Below, piece by piece: positions 11,850-23,564 of a DNA stretch of 64,000 bases. Source of the stretch: Schmidtea nova (taxonomy: Eukaryota). Position 1 is the first letter of the stretch; each line of letters opens with the position of its first letter. Under the pieces are notes generated by a model, which was not told the origin of the DNA, did no database searches, and saw only the letters and a program-made list of their open reading frames with translations. Where the stretch lies: the NCBI GenBank assembly GCA_044892505.1, contig CM097882.1, positions 604,128,001 through 604,192,000 on the forward strand, written 5' to 3'. Position numbers and translations under genes: made by a program.

Positions 11850-12440
11850 CCCTAGAAAAAAAATTTTCTGCGTTGACGGGCCACTATGTTTTTCTGGCCA
11901 TTTTTGTATTGGAAATTGATTGTCGGACTTTTGTACAGGTGCGTTAGCGGGCCAATTTGTTTTTGGGTCGATCTTTTGTATTGGAAAATTTTTGTCGGTC
12001 TTTTGTATAGGGATTTTGAGCTCCGAGATTTTTTTTTCGGAAAAAAGGGACTCTGGTATTTTTGTACATGGAATTTGGTCTGGATTTTTTTTTGTACAGG
12101 GATTTTGAGCTCTGAGATTTTTCTCGGGCAAAAAAAGGACTCTAGTATTTTGTACATGGAATTTGGTTGGGGTTTTTTGTACAGCATTTTCTACTCCCAG
12201 ATTTTTCTAGGGCAAAAAGGGACTCTGGTAATTTTGAACTGACATGTTAATGGTAAATAAAAACACGTGTAAATCTTTTAAACAAGTAAAATACATTGAA
12301 ATTATTTTGAATAGGATTTTCAATTCCACACAATTTCTCGGGCAAAAAGAGACTAGTAATTTTTATACAGAAATTAAACTTTTTATGGTAAATAAAAACA
12401 TGTGTAAATTTATCATAATGGTAAATAGATTTAAATGGTT
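11850..12440. repeat. Subterminal tandem repeats of element 2 (TTTTGTACA-GGGATTTTGAGCTC-GAGATTTTT-GGGCAAAAAAGGGACTC units)
   Basis: Repeated diverging units are visible. AAAACACGTGT/AAAACATGTGT motifs occur at ~12263 and ~12396. Confidence 0.8.
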
Positions 12441-12447
12441 TTTATTT

Positions 12448-15400
12448 CTATGATAAAATACAAAGACAAAAGAATGAGTTATTTAAATAACATTTTACAT
12501 ATGAATCGTGGTCTATTTTAGTATCCTTTAATGTTGCTCCCTTAGCCTTTGTAGTATTAGTTTTACCCAACAAGCTGTAACATTTCGGTCTAAGGAAAAT
12601 CCACTCATCATATCCTTCACCCTTACTTTCATCTTTGAATTTCTCAATAACAGAATCCAATTTCTTGCTGTATAGTGGGTGATCAGTTGGATAATTTAAT
12701 GTATCTAACAAGTTATCATTTTTCATTTCATTTAATAATATTTCTAATTTTAGATTTTTAATTTCTAGAAAAAACGAATCTGTATCGCCTGCTACGATAT
12801 TTATCTGACAACTATATTTGTCGCGATATTTTTGTAAATCTTTGTATTGTAATTCGTACATTCGAAGTTTTGATAAATCAAGCACTGATTGTCCAATATA
12901 ACTCGGTCTATCTAAACAAATCGAATCTGGATTTAATAAAGCAGCAACTAAATTATCGTCGATTTTAATAGATTTTTTGAAAGAAGGTTTGGATGTATAT
13001 TTAACTAGTTTTTTCTCCGTTGAACATAATCTTAAATTCATTCTCCTTTTAAGATTTTCCACTGTTTTGCCATACAGACTATTATTGAGTAATTTGAAAA
13101 AGTTTTTATCTAAAGTATTAGTACTTTTCGCCCGCAATTCAGTGTTGGTGTCTATATACTTTTTGAAAATTGGAGATTGTTTAAATTTAACTGCTCTATT
13201 TATCTTTGTGACTTTAACACCAAGTCCTAAATATAATTGAAGTAATCGCCAATGAATTATATAATTATTTTTAGGGTAATGAGTCAATAGTAATTTTTCT
13301 ACTTTTGAACCTCGTGGTTTCATTTTTTCTGCAGCTACCGGGAAATCATCCAAGAAATCATGAATTTCAGCAGGTATTTCCAAATCTACCTCTAAAGTGT
13401 AACCGTAAGATATAGATTCAAGATTTAGATTAATACAGTCATGCAAAATATTATCTAAATTATCAGTCACCCAACTAAATTCTCCACAAGGTAAAGGTTC
13501 ACTTAAAGCCCATCCGTAAAGATTATTTATATCGATATACAATAATTCTGTATTTTCATCAGTTTTAACGAAGTGTTTATTTACAAAAGTCAAACCTCCT
13601 CGAATTCCCCCTTCATAAAAGCTAAACATTTCATTTTCTGTTATTAATTCTATTGGTTCATCTAAAGTCATTAAAGAAGATGACCAAGACATGCCAGAAA
13701 TACCGAAGTAATTCAATGGCTCTAATCTATTGTGAGCTATAGATTTGGTTCGAAATTGATGAAAGAAATCAGCCAAAAGAAAGCAATCTAGTTTCAAGTA
13801 AGTCATCATATAATTTAAAAGAGTAACACAGTTTGTTTCTGTCCAAATCAGTTGTGCCTTTTCATATTCTTCTTTTGAAACACCTTTCCAGATTGGTGGT
13901 AACTCATAAGTATTTTCAAGTACTTCTAAACTTGTAGCAAAGGTATACGGAAAAATACCCTTTTCAGAAACTATAGTTCCATTAAAAACCGAATTTGTCA
14001 AAGGTAAATATTTCAACGTTTTCACTGCCTTTGCCAAAGAATCATTCACAAACTGGTATGAGTCTATAAATCTTAAACTAATCTTGTCAACATGAGCTAT
14101 CAATGAAATAAACTTTTCAGTTGTAATAGGTATACAACCCAATGACCAATTCTTGAACTTATTTAATCCGTGTTTAAGAATATGGTGCATATCATATCCT
14201 TTCAAGTTATGAAAAACTATTGGTAAAGACTTGTTGATTTTTCTATTAATGTTACACGTTTGACATGCTGCACCTAAATATTTCCCAGTGAAATGGTCAT
14301 GGTCTCTTACAGGATCTACGATATTTTTCATACAAAGGTAACAAGTGGTACCATTTTTAAATTGTTCCTCTTCAATTTCAGTCAATCTATTCATTGGTTT
14401 GTTTCCATTTTTATGGTAATATGGAAAAACCTTTAATAAAGCAATATCTTCAATCGCTTTTAAAAATTCATCTACACAATTTAGTCCAATAAATTGTTGG
14501 TAAGATTTTGTCCCATCAAAGTTATTCATTAACAAAAGCTCCGCAGAAATAGGCAAGTGTTTCTGATAATATACATCATCCTTTGGTAAAATTGATTCAA
14601 AGTCTGCATAAATAACGAATGGTGGGGTAACAGTTTTTGACCAATCTGTAAATTTTAGCATTTTATTTTCCGGGAAAGTGTATAATGTTGTTCTTAGTTG
14701 ATTTTTTCTGCATAAAATCTCATTTTTTTCCAACGATAGTTTATTTGGGAAACCATTTAAACATCTACTGCACCATTCGCTTCTTATCCTAGTAGTACAA
14801 TAAATGCTTTGGTGACAATTCATTAAACGTTTTAAATTTATAATAGGTACATAATGATATTTTTCCCCTTCATTTAATAACAATAAATTTATAGTTTTTC
14901 CTTCTATTACTTTGGACCGATGAATAATATCCAAATGAGGATGCTTTAAAATATAATCATCTTGCTCTTCATTAATTTCATTATTATAACATAGTACATT
15001 TATGATCAATCCTGGATTCTTTGCCTCGAATTTTCTGATACTATTTAATTTCATGGGCATGCCTGATATATCATATTTGAGCTCTGACAAAAAATTTATA
15101 TATTTTGATACTCTTTCTCTATCTCTAGATATTAAATCATATTTTAATATAGCTAAAATGCTATATAAAAAACATAAATTATCCTTATTATCGATGTTTA
15201 ATATACATCTCTTTCCTTTTAATCCTTGAGGAGTTTTTACAATGCTTCTACCTGCTAACCTACTTATATTGGATATCTTAGTTACAACAAAATTTATTTC
15301 AGTAATACGAGCAAGTACCCAACTGCTACCTAATTCCGCAAATGAAGTTATCTTTTCATTCAATTTTTTAATTCCCTCTTCGAAAAATGTCTGTGTCAGA

Positions 15401-15996
15401 GGTTTTGCACTATTGGAAATATTGTTTCTTTTAATTTCTCCATCTTTCTCAAATTCAACACAGATACCAAATTGTATCTTCACATAGCCTAGTTCGTTAA
15501 TTATTTCTATTAATTTATTAATTAATGATTGTGGAAAAATAATTTGCTTTATATTTAAATCACTAGTGTTAATTTTTAAAATCCTATGCGATCCATTTAA
15601 ATCACTTTCAATGACAGGGAGAGGTTCTATAACACTTCCTCCAGTTTGATAAAATCCAACGTTCCAAAAATCTTCAATCTCTTCCACCGCTTCAATTAAA
15701 AGCTTGTTTTCGTCCGCTTCCACCTCTTCCATCGCTTCTAATAAAATCTTGTCTTCAATATCTTCTTGTAAATTTTGTGATTTCTTAATTATTTCTATGT
15801 TCAATTTAATCTTTTTATTATTTATAGAGTTTTGAGTCAAGTTTGGTCTTTTAAATAATTTTATTTTCTTAGACCTATATTCATTTAAATGATCCTTATG
15901 TTCATCGTAAAAATTTTGATATGTAAGGGGTTGGGAAGTTTGGCATACGGGACATATATAATAGCGAATTTTATAATAAGAGTGTCCATAATATTG
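12448..15996 (-). CDS. Protein-primed DNA polymerase B, paralogue 2; C-terminus truncated, probably partly decayed
   Basis: Same motif set as copy 1 (YADFES, FHNLKGYD, YIDINNLYGWA, KLLNNSLYGK, AGDTDS, RDHDHFTG). The N-terminal region has GSSW..DNLCFLYSIL..HYV (terminal-protein/vOTU-like). The frame is open upstream of the TTG call to a TAG at 15997-15999 and includes CPVC..H..H. Homology stops after CYLNN at ~12480, where it joins the terminal repeats. GKFKDE has become EKFKDE and a zinc-finger His has become Asn. Confidence 0.9.
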   Translation of the reverse strand, partial: QYYGHSYYKIRYYICPVCQTSQPLTYQNFYDEHKDHLNEYRSKKIKLFKRPNLTQNSINNKKIKLNIEIIKKSQNLQEDIEDKILLEAMEEVEADENKLLIEAVEEIEDFWNVGFYQTGGSVIEPLPVIESDLNGSHRILKINTSDLNIKQIIFPQSLINKLIEIINELGYVKIQFGICVEFEKDGEIKRNNISNSAKPLTQTFFEEGIKKLNEKITSFAELGSSWVLARITEINFVVTKISNISRLAGRSIVKTPQGLKGKRCILNIDNKDNLCFLYSILAILKYDLISRDRERVSKYINFLSELKYDISGMPMKLNSIRKFEAKNPGLIINVLCYNNEINEEQDDYILKHPHLDIIHRSKVIEGKTINLLLLNEGEKYHYVPIINLKRLMNCHQSIYCTTRIRSEWCSRCLNGFPNKLSLEKNEILCRKNQLRTTLYTFPENKMLKFTDWSKTVTPPFVIYADFESILPKDDVYYQKHLPISAELLLMNNFDGTKSYQQFIGLNCVDEFLKAIEDIALLKVFPYYHKNGNKPMNRLTEIEEEQFKNGTTCYLCMKNIVDPVRDHDHFTGKYLGAACQTCNINRKINKSLPIVFHNLKGYDMHHILKHGLNKFKNWSLGCIPITTEKFISLIAHVDKISLRFIDSYQFVNDSLAKAVKTLKYLPLTNSVFNGTIVSEKGIFPYTFATSLEVLENTYELPPIWKGVSKEEYEKAQLIWTETNCVTLLNYMMTYLKLDCFLLADFFHQFRTKSIAHNRLEPLNYFGISGMSWSSSLMTLDEPIELITENEMFSFYEGGIRGGLTFVNKHFVKTDENTELLYIDINNLYGWALSEPLPCGEFSWVTDNLDNILHDCINLNLESISYGYTLEVDLEIPAEIHDFLDDFPVAAEKMKPRGSKVEKLLLTHYPKNNYIIHWRLLQLYLGLGVKVTKINRAVKFKQSPIFKKYIDTNTELRAKSTNTLDKNFFKLLNNSLYGKTVENLKRRMNLRLCSTEKKLVKYTSKPSFKKSIKIDDNLVAALLNPDSICLDRPSYIGQSVLDLSKLRMYELQYKDLQKYRDKYSCQINIVAGDTDSFFLEIKNLKLEILLNEMKNDNLLDTLNYPTDHPLYSKKLDSVIEKFKDESKGEGYDEWIFLRPKCYSLLGKTNTTKAKGATLKDTKIDHDSYVKCYLNNSFFCLCILS

Positions 15997-16215
15997 CTAC
16001 ATTGATCGATGACAATTATCGTTGTGGTCAGTTGAAAAGCAATAATTTGGGNNNNNNNNNNNNNNNNNNNNNNNNNNNNNNNNNNNNNNNNNNNNNNNNN
16101 NNNNNNNNNNNNNNNNNNNNNNNNNNNNNNNNNNNNNNNNNNNNNNNNNNNNNNNNNNNNNNNNNNNNNNNNNNNNNNNNNNNNNNNNNTACAAATATTT
16201 TAGTATATTTATTTA

Positions 16216-16567
16216 CTAAATTAATTAAAAGTTACTCAAATTAATTAAAATTAATCAATACCTACATTGAATATTTATCGATGCATTAGGTATGATTCCA
16301 TCAATCATAATATTTTTGCCACTAACAATCCTTATTTCGACGTGATTTTGATCATTCATATTTACATCACCTAAAGTAAAAACTAAATAATATACTAAGT
16401 TAAAGATTAAATACAATTTTCTTCCACATTTTCTAAATCGATTTTGAATTATTGATAATAATATTACCTAAATTAATACTAAATGATAATAAACTTAAAA
16501 AAATAAATTTAATATTTTCATTATCGCTTGGTTTTGAGTTCATAAAACTAATTGCTGTAGTGTTCAT
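16216..16567 (-). CDS. Predicted spliced mini-gene, or 5' exons of the pPolB2 transcript
   Basis: ATG at 16567. Exons 16468-16567, 16415-16432 and 16262-16370 are joined by GT-AG introns of 35 and 44 nt and keep an open frame; a third donor is at 16261. TATATAAA (16616-16623) and CCAAT (16654-16658) lie upstream. Confidence 0.35.
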
Positions 16568-17164
16568 TTTAAATTTTTGTATTTGTTAAAGTAAATAATG
16601 AATAAAAGATTATTATTTATATATGAAAGTTATTACACACACATAACTTTTGACCAATCAAAATCAAGTAAGGAGTAGGAAATTTATTCTTATCAGCCAA
16701 TCAATATCGAGTAAGTGGTAGGGGTATTATCATCAAATAAAATTCAAGAAAGGGATGTAGGATTATGACTAAACATATATTACGATGCAGTATTTTAAAA
16801 ACTAAATAGTTTTTTTTAAAGACGATTTGGCGATATTATTTATCTTATTATTTCACCAAATTATATTTTACATTAGTTATAAAATATTTCAATAAATTTC
16901 ATACACGTAATATTATTACAATAAATTAGATCAAATATTTGAATGAATTACATTTAAATTACATTACAGTAATTACGTTAGTTATAAAAATTATTGTAAT
17001 TATTTTTGATAAAATACATTAGAATTGTCAATAACACACACAATACCTCTATATATATTGAGTATGCGATAAAAAATTAAATTCTATCTATACATGATTA
17101 AAATAAATGTTTAATAAATCTATGCTAAATAACTGAAAAATATTTGCATCATGAAAAATCGCAA

Positions 17165-17990
17165 CTTGAAAAAAACACGTGTGCATGACAGACAAATGCA
17201 TATACATAATTTGAATCAAGTCATTTTGTAATAAATATTATCTCTATAATATTACAATGAAAATTATAACAAAGTCATTTTATTTAGATAAAATTCAAAA
17301 TAATTACAAAGCATGTGTGAAACATAAAAAACGGAAATTTTATAGAAATTTAAATTTTATAGTTACAATGAAAACTCAATAAAATTAATTTTTTATAGTT
17401 TAAAAATGCAAAGATTAATAAAAACACATGTGTATCACAAAATACGATAACTTTTAAAATTTGAATCAAGCCATTTTATATGAAATTAGATTATATACAT
17501 ACAATATTATAAAGAAAACTCAAAACGTACTTTAAATAGGTGAAATATACAAATTTTATTACAAAACATGTGAGTCATACAAATACACCAACAAACTAAA
17601 TTTTCAATCAATCCATTTTGTAATAAGTTTTATATGTACAATATTATAATGAAAACTTGAAAAAGTAATTTTATATAGATGAAAAATGTAAAAACTTAAA
17701 AACTCAATCAAGTTAATTTATCTGTGAAATGTGCAAATTTAAGTGCAAAACAAGTGTGCATCACAAAATACGATAACTTTCAAATTTCTAATCAAGCCAT
17801 TTTGTAGACATTTAAATTTTATACATATAATGTTACAATGAAAATACAATAAAATTATTTTATATATAAGTTAAATATAAAGATTTAATCACAAAACACG
17901 TGTGCACAAAACAAGACACAACATTCTAAATTTTGAATAAAGCCATCTTGTAGAGAAAGAAATTTTGCCTATACATTGTTACACTAAAAA
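17165..17990 (+). repeat. Tandem array of ~115-185-bp units with core AAAACACGTGTGCATCAC...AATCAAGCCATTTTGTAGA
   Basis: Six cores at ~17173, 17307, 17421, 17562, 17746 and 17893. Homologous to 34915-35890 and, inverted, to 20600-20780. Confidence 0.8.
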
Positions 17991-18239
17991 CCTGATCAGA
18001 CCAGAATAACGTACCAAGAAATCCGTTGGGAAAAAAACGGGAAAGTAGACAGAAGTGTGCACCATGACTCGTCGTTAAACAAAGACAATGACGGCATCGA
18101 TGAGTCACCCATATCCCCCGCCCCCCCCCCCGCGTAGAATTTTTTATATAATTTTTTTTATATAAAACCTTTGAATGGTATGAACTCACTATCAAAAGTA
18201 CTTTTGAACTCACTATCAAAAGTTCTTTTGAATGATATA

Positions 18240-18582
18240 TAACTTGTAATGTTTAAAAAACATTTATTTTTGGGGACCCTTTGAAAGTTTTTGACACACA
18301 ATAAACCTTCGTGGGTATGGTCATTGTGTGCTACTCTCTCCTTTCGAATGATATAAATATTACAAGGTTTAAAGTATTTTGAAGGTTTTGTAACCGTTGA
18401 GGTATTAGAACCCATCATAGACCTTCAAGGATATAACCATCATGTACCTGCACTACCTTTTGTTTGATATATTACACACAAGGTTTGAATAAATTTTAAG
18501 GTTTTGCACCTTTGAGGTAGTAGCACCCACATAGACCTTCGAAGGTATGACCATTGTGTGCACATCTCAATTACCTTTTGTT

Positions 18583-18619
<37 letters not shown>

Positions 18620-18978
18620 GGTTTGAAAACATTTGAAGGTTTTTTACCCCTTGAAGGTTGAGCACCCACCATAGACCTTCGAAGGTATGACCATTGTGTG
18701 CACATCTCAATTATCTTTTGTTTGATATATTACACACAAGGTTTAAAAAAGGTTAAAGGTTTTTGACCCTTTGAAGATTGAGCACCCACCATAGACCTTC
18801 GAGGGTATGACCAACATACCTACCTCTCAATTACCTTTCGAATGATATATATATATATATATATATATAATATGGTTTGAAAAAGGTTGAAGGTTTTGCA
18901 CCCTTTGAAGGTTAAAGACCCTCCATAAACCTTCGAAGGTATGACCAACATACCTACCTCTTAAATACCTTTCGAATG

Positions 18979-19009
<31 letters not shown>

Positions 19010-19474
19010 GGTTTGAAAAAGGTTGAAGGTTTTGCACCCTTTGAAGGTTAAAGACCATCCATAAACCTTCGAAGGTATGACCAACATACCTACCTCTTAA
19101 ATACCTTTCGAATGATATATATATTATAAGGTTTGAAAAAGGTTGAAGGTTTTGGACCCTTTGAATGTTGAGCACACACCATACACCTTCGAGGGTATGA
19201 TTAACATACCTACCTATCAATTACCTTTCGAATGATATATATATTATAAGGTTTGAAAAAGGTTGAAGGTTTTGCACCCTTTGAAGGTTAAAGACCCTCC
19301 ATAAACCTTCGAAGGTATGACCAACATACCTACCTCTTAAATACCTTTCGAATGATATATATATATTATAAGGTTTGAAAAAGGTTGAAGGTTTTGGACC
19401 CTTTGAAGGTTGAGCACACACCATACACCTTCGAGGGTATGACCAACATACATACCTTTCAAATACCTTTCGAA

Positions 19475-19513
<39 letters not shown>

Positions 19514-19615
19514 GGTTTGAAAAAGGTTGAAGGTTTTGCACCCTTTGAGGTTAAAGACCCTCCATACACCTTCGGAGGTATGACCAACATACCTACCTCT
19601 TAAATACCTTTCGAA

Positions 19616-19664
<49 letters not shown>

Positions 19665-19767
19665 GGTTTGAAAAAGGTTGAAGGTTTTGGACCCTTTGAA
19701 GGTTGAGCACACACCATACACCTTCGAGGGTATGACCAACATACATACCTTTCAAATACCTTTCGAA

Positions 19768-19834
<67 letters not shown>

Positions 19835-20180
19835 TTGAAAAAGGTTGAAGGTTTTGCACCCTTTGAGGTTAAAGACCCTCCATACACCTTCGAAAGTATG
19901 ACCATCATACTTACCTCTCAATTACCTTTTGTTTGATAGATAACTTGTAAGGATTGTAAAAGGTTAAAGGTTTTTGACCCCTTGAAGGTTCAGGACCCTT
20001 CATAGACCTTCGAAAGTATGAACATCTTACTTAACTCTCAATTACCTTTTGTTTGATATATAACTTGTAAGGATTGTAAAAGGTTAAAGGTCTTTGACCC
20101 CTTGAAGGTTAATGACCCTCCATAGACCTTCGAGGGTATGACCATTGGATAGACCTCTCCAAGACCTTTCGAATGATACC
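18240..20180. repeat. Minisatellite, ~16 units of >=115-120 bp, each with ACCTTCGA(A/G)GGT and a variable (TA)n
   Basis: Unit starts at ~18250, 18365, 18480, 18618, 18738, 18872, 19008, 19128, 19248, 19370, 19512, 19662, 19830, 19950 and 20070. Most length differences come from the TA run. Confidence 0.9.
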
Positions 20181-20243
20181 CTTGTTTGAAGGTTTGACCT
20201 TATTTGACCTTTGGAAATTAAAATTTGAAATTCAAATTTGAAA

Positions 20244-20470
20244 TGAGTCATCGATGACGTCATAAAATTCAAATTTGAAATGAGTCATCGATGACGTCAT
20301 CGATGACGTCATAAAATTCAAATTTGAAATGTGTCATCGATGAGTCATGTGATGAGTCATCGATGACGTCATCGATGAGTCATAACAAAGAAAAAAAATG
20401 AGTCATCGGGGGGCGGGGGGTATGGGTGACTCATCGATGATGTCATTGTCTTTGTTTAACGATGAGTCAT
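20244..20470. promoter_or_regulatory. Dense AP-1 (TGA(G/C)TCA x8) and CRE (TGACGTCA x4) palindrome cluster
   Basis: AP-1 at 20244, 20281, 20341, 20353, 20376, 20399, 20427 and 20463. CRE at 20255, 20292, 20304 and 20364. Confidence 0.55.
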
Positions 20471-21367
20471 GGAGCACACTTCTGTTTACTTTCCCGTTTT
20501 TTTCCCAACGGATTTCTTGGTACGTTATTCTGGTCTGATCAGGTTTTTAGTGTAACAATGTTATAAATATAAAATAAATATAAAAATAAATATAAAATAT
20601 AAAATTAGGTATTTTTCGTGTTGCACACATGTTTTGTTAATTTTGTAATTTTGAACAATTTAAAATAATTTTATAGAGTATTCATTGCATTTAAAAATTT
20701 TCCACTAAATTGTTTGATTAGAAATTTAAAAATTATCGTTTTTACTGTTCCACACGGCTTTTTCTGTAAATAATTGATTTTATTTGCTGATTGATACTTT
20801 TATTGTGTTTTCACTGTAACAATTTATATTGTAAATCTAATTCTCTACAACAATACATTATGTAAAAGAAATAATAACTTTGTGAATAAATAGTTTACTT
20901 TTAATTAATTAATTTTTATATTAGTTAATTTACAATTTATCAAATAATTATTTGTATTTTTATTCATAATTAATTTTAATTACTTTAACTTGTAATAATT
21001 TTTATAATTTCTAAGTGTAATTTAACTTTAAAATTAATCTTAATTTATTACATTGTATTTTAATAATAATTGATATTTAACAAAATTTTATATAAATTTT
21101 TTTAACAATAAATTATGTGTTCAATAATTTTAAAAAAAATTTTAATTGTAAAAATAAATTAAACTGTGGTATTTACAAACGTCTATGCATGTTTCCTCGA
21201 ATTTGATTGGTTAAAAGTTTTTGACTTTAGTATATAAACAATAGTTTTTCATTTAAGAATCACTTTTTACTGCAACCTAAATTTGGTAAGTTAATTTTTG
21301 TTTTAAAATTTTTAAATATTCAACTTATTTTAGATAAAATGAACAACACCAACAACAATATGTATAT

Positions 21368-21602
21368 TGCTGGTCTGTTGGTATGGATGTTTCAACTGAG
21401 ATTTTATTTTGATGTTATTATTAGGGCAATCTTACCAACATAAACATATTCACCCCGCTGATACCCATGATGTGTCCCTAATTACATATCATGTTGGTGA
21501 TGTATCTAGCGTTGTAGAATGATGAGGCAGGTGAGCAACCTTGCGGCTACTATTCCCTCATTTATCTACGGGTCCACCACTGCTGATAGAAAGCCTTTGT
21601 GG
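21368..21602 (-). ncRNA. Structured RNA element, copy S
   Basis: Helices covary with the 46323-46553 copy; GCAA tetraloop at 21541-21544 (minus strand). Confidence 0.6.
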
Positions 21603-22130
21603 TTTTGTTATGGTCTCAATTTACATTTCTCACTAAGTTCAATTGTGTCTAGGGTTTACTTTATTAGCCTTTTCCCTGGCCTCCAAAAAATGAATTGTGT
21701 ACCTTATTAATTACTCAGTCACTCATCTTTTTCATCATACATTGCTCATCAAATCATAAAACAAGACCTTCAAACAAAATACATTTATTTTCCTAGAAAC
21801 ATAGTTGGATTGGTGACGTTAATCAATTGCCTCTCAGATAAACCACTGAGCAGGTCCACCTCGATGACAAGTCTTTCTGCGTAAGCCCTTCTTTCACGGC
21901 GTCGTTTCGCGCCTAAACGATTCATTCTCTTGGTTCTCGATGGTATTTCGGGCATCGATCTAGTGCTTGGTAGTGCTACTTTTTTGATAGGCGAAATAGT
22001 TTCTTCGATCTGCGTTCCGCTTGGTTTCGGATTTGGTCCGAAATGTTGGACGTTGACGTTGATGCGATTATCTGTGGTCTCCTCAGTTCATGATGAGGCG
22101 ATCTCTGTAACTTACGCATATTATTCTAAA
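21368..22130 (-). mobile_element. Diverged fragment homologous to the giant LTR at 46323-46900 (ORF-B C-terminus, 3' UTR, structured RNA)
   Basis: Colinear similarity from TGCTGG at 21368/46323 through RTKRMNRLGAKRRRERRAYAERLVIEVDLLSGLSERQ (~21790-21960). Confidence 0.8.
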
Positions 22131-23564
22131 TGATTTACGATTATCCTTTTATTTAGGGTATACGCGCATCACTCCATCAAACATTCTTCGTTCATTCATT
22201 CTCCCCGCATCGTATTTCACACATCCCTTCCTATACATCGATTACGACCAGACAAACTAAATTCACATGCATAACTTTGACTGTTACCTGGTTGCTGAAC
22301 TCAAATTCCCCTTGAGACGACATTATCACTTTTCCGTTATGTTGCATCTAATTCGTCTGTAGTGAATTGGTTGAATAAATATTACAATATAAGCGTGTAG
22401 ATGCCTACCTATCTTATTTGTTGTTCATTGAATCAGATCTCATGGTTAAACGCATATTTTTGGTGGTGGTTTAACAAAAGGTTTTTCTAAAATATTTGTA
22501 AAAATAAAATAAATTTAAAAGTTTTTGAAAAATGTTTTAAAAAATAAAATATTTTTTATTATTATATCATTAATTGCATAATCGGTTATACAATGAAACC
22601 ACCACCATTCGGGAGGGGTCACTGCATAGAGCGCTCAGTTCCCTGTTAAGAATAGTTGATTTTTAAAAAACATGAAATTTTAAAAATAGAAATTATTTAT
22701 AAAATATAAAATTATGTTTCAATATTCTGTCAAGCGATGTCTATTTTTTTATTTTGGAAATATATATTTCACCTTTAATCTTATATTTACGATTACATAT
22801 TTTTGTAGCCAATATTTGAAGGTATTTAGCTTAAATACTTAAAATAAATAAACTTAGTTAATATTTTTTCAAAGCAATATTTTTATTCTTAAATTTTAAA
22901 ATTTCTTTTAATTAAATCAATTTTATATTAAATTAAGAAAAATCTAATTTTTTACTATTTATATCTTCACTGTTTTTTCATTATTCTATGTATTGATGAT
23001 AAATCATAATTATATTTATAAAAAATCATAATTTAATAAATCATAAATATATTTAATTATATATTAAATTATAAATTTAATTATAAATTTAATTATAAAT
23101 TTAATTATAATTTTAATTATATTTAATTATATTTAATTTCAAAATTAAAATGACACTGTAACATTAAAATATTTAAAATAAAACAAACTTACTAAATTAC
23201 TGCTAGCTGACCTTAATATGTCTTATTTACACGTATTTTTTGACAGATGGTGAATATTATTTTGGTATAAAAACAATATGATTTGATAAATATGCGCTAA
23301 AATAAACATTTAGTTTCACAGCCCATATTAATATTATTTCTTAAAAAACTAAAAATTTGATATAATCAATATTTAAAAAATTATTTTATTTAAAAAAATA
23401 ACTATGCAAAGATTTATTTGATTTAATTTAAAATTTATTAAATTAAAAAAAATTTATATATTGTTTTAAATAATTTTAAATAAAAATTTTATTTTTTAAT
23501 TTAAAATTTATTACTTTTTTCAATATTTGTTTAAATATTAAAAATAAATAAATATATATTAAAA

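Larger units (their letters stand above)
11415..16051 (-). mobile_element. Polinton-like element 2 (terminus at 11415, extends at least to the gap at 16052)
   Basis: It starts AGTAGGAGGAAGTGTGGACGAGGGAACAAAGACATATGACGTCA, matching terminus 1. Subterminal repeats follow, then pPolB. The preceding 6 bp are ATAACT; no partner end was found. Confidence 0.75.
17974..20560. mobile_element. Non-coding cassette with ~155-bp inverted repeats containing Polinton-like terminal motifs
   Basis: 17974-18130 is the reverse complement of 20400-20560: the outer 70 bp are identical and the inner part has a few mismatches. AGTAGACAGAAGTGTG...AAACAAAGAC begins at 18044 and its mirror ends at 20490. Confidence 0.75.

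Noticed and set aside
11832-12453. Overlapping ORFs in six frames
   Set aside because: Translation of subterminal tandem repeats.
18954-19921. YIYIYI-containing ORFs
   Set aside because: Translation of minisatellite and (TA)n.
18240-20180. Regular palindromic repeats resembling a CRISPR array
   Set aside because: The intervening sequence is not unique spacers but (TA)n and repeated variants; the context is eukaryotic and there are no cas genes.
11415-20490. A single Polinton running from 11415 to the CTACT-like end at 20490
   Set aside because: The two ends are only distantly similar, and the flanks (ATAACT vs TTCCCG) are not a TSD.
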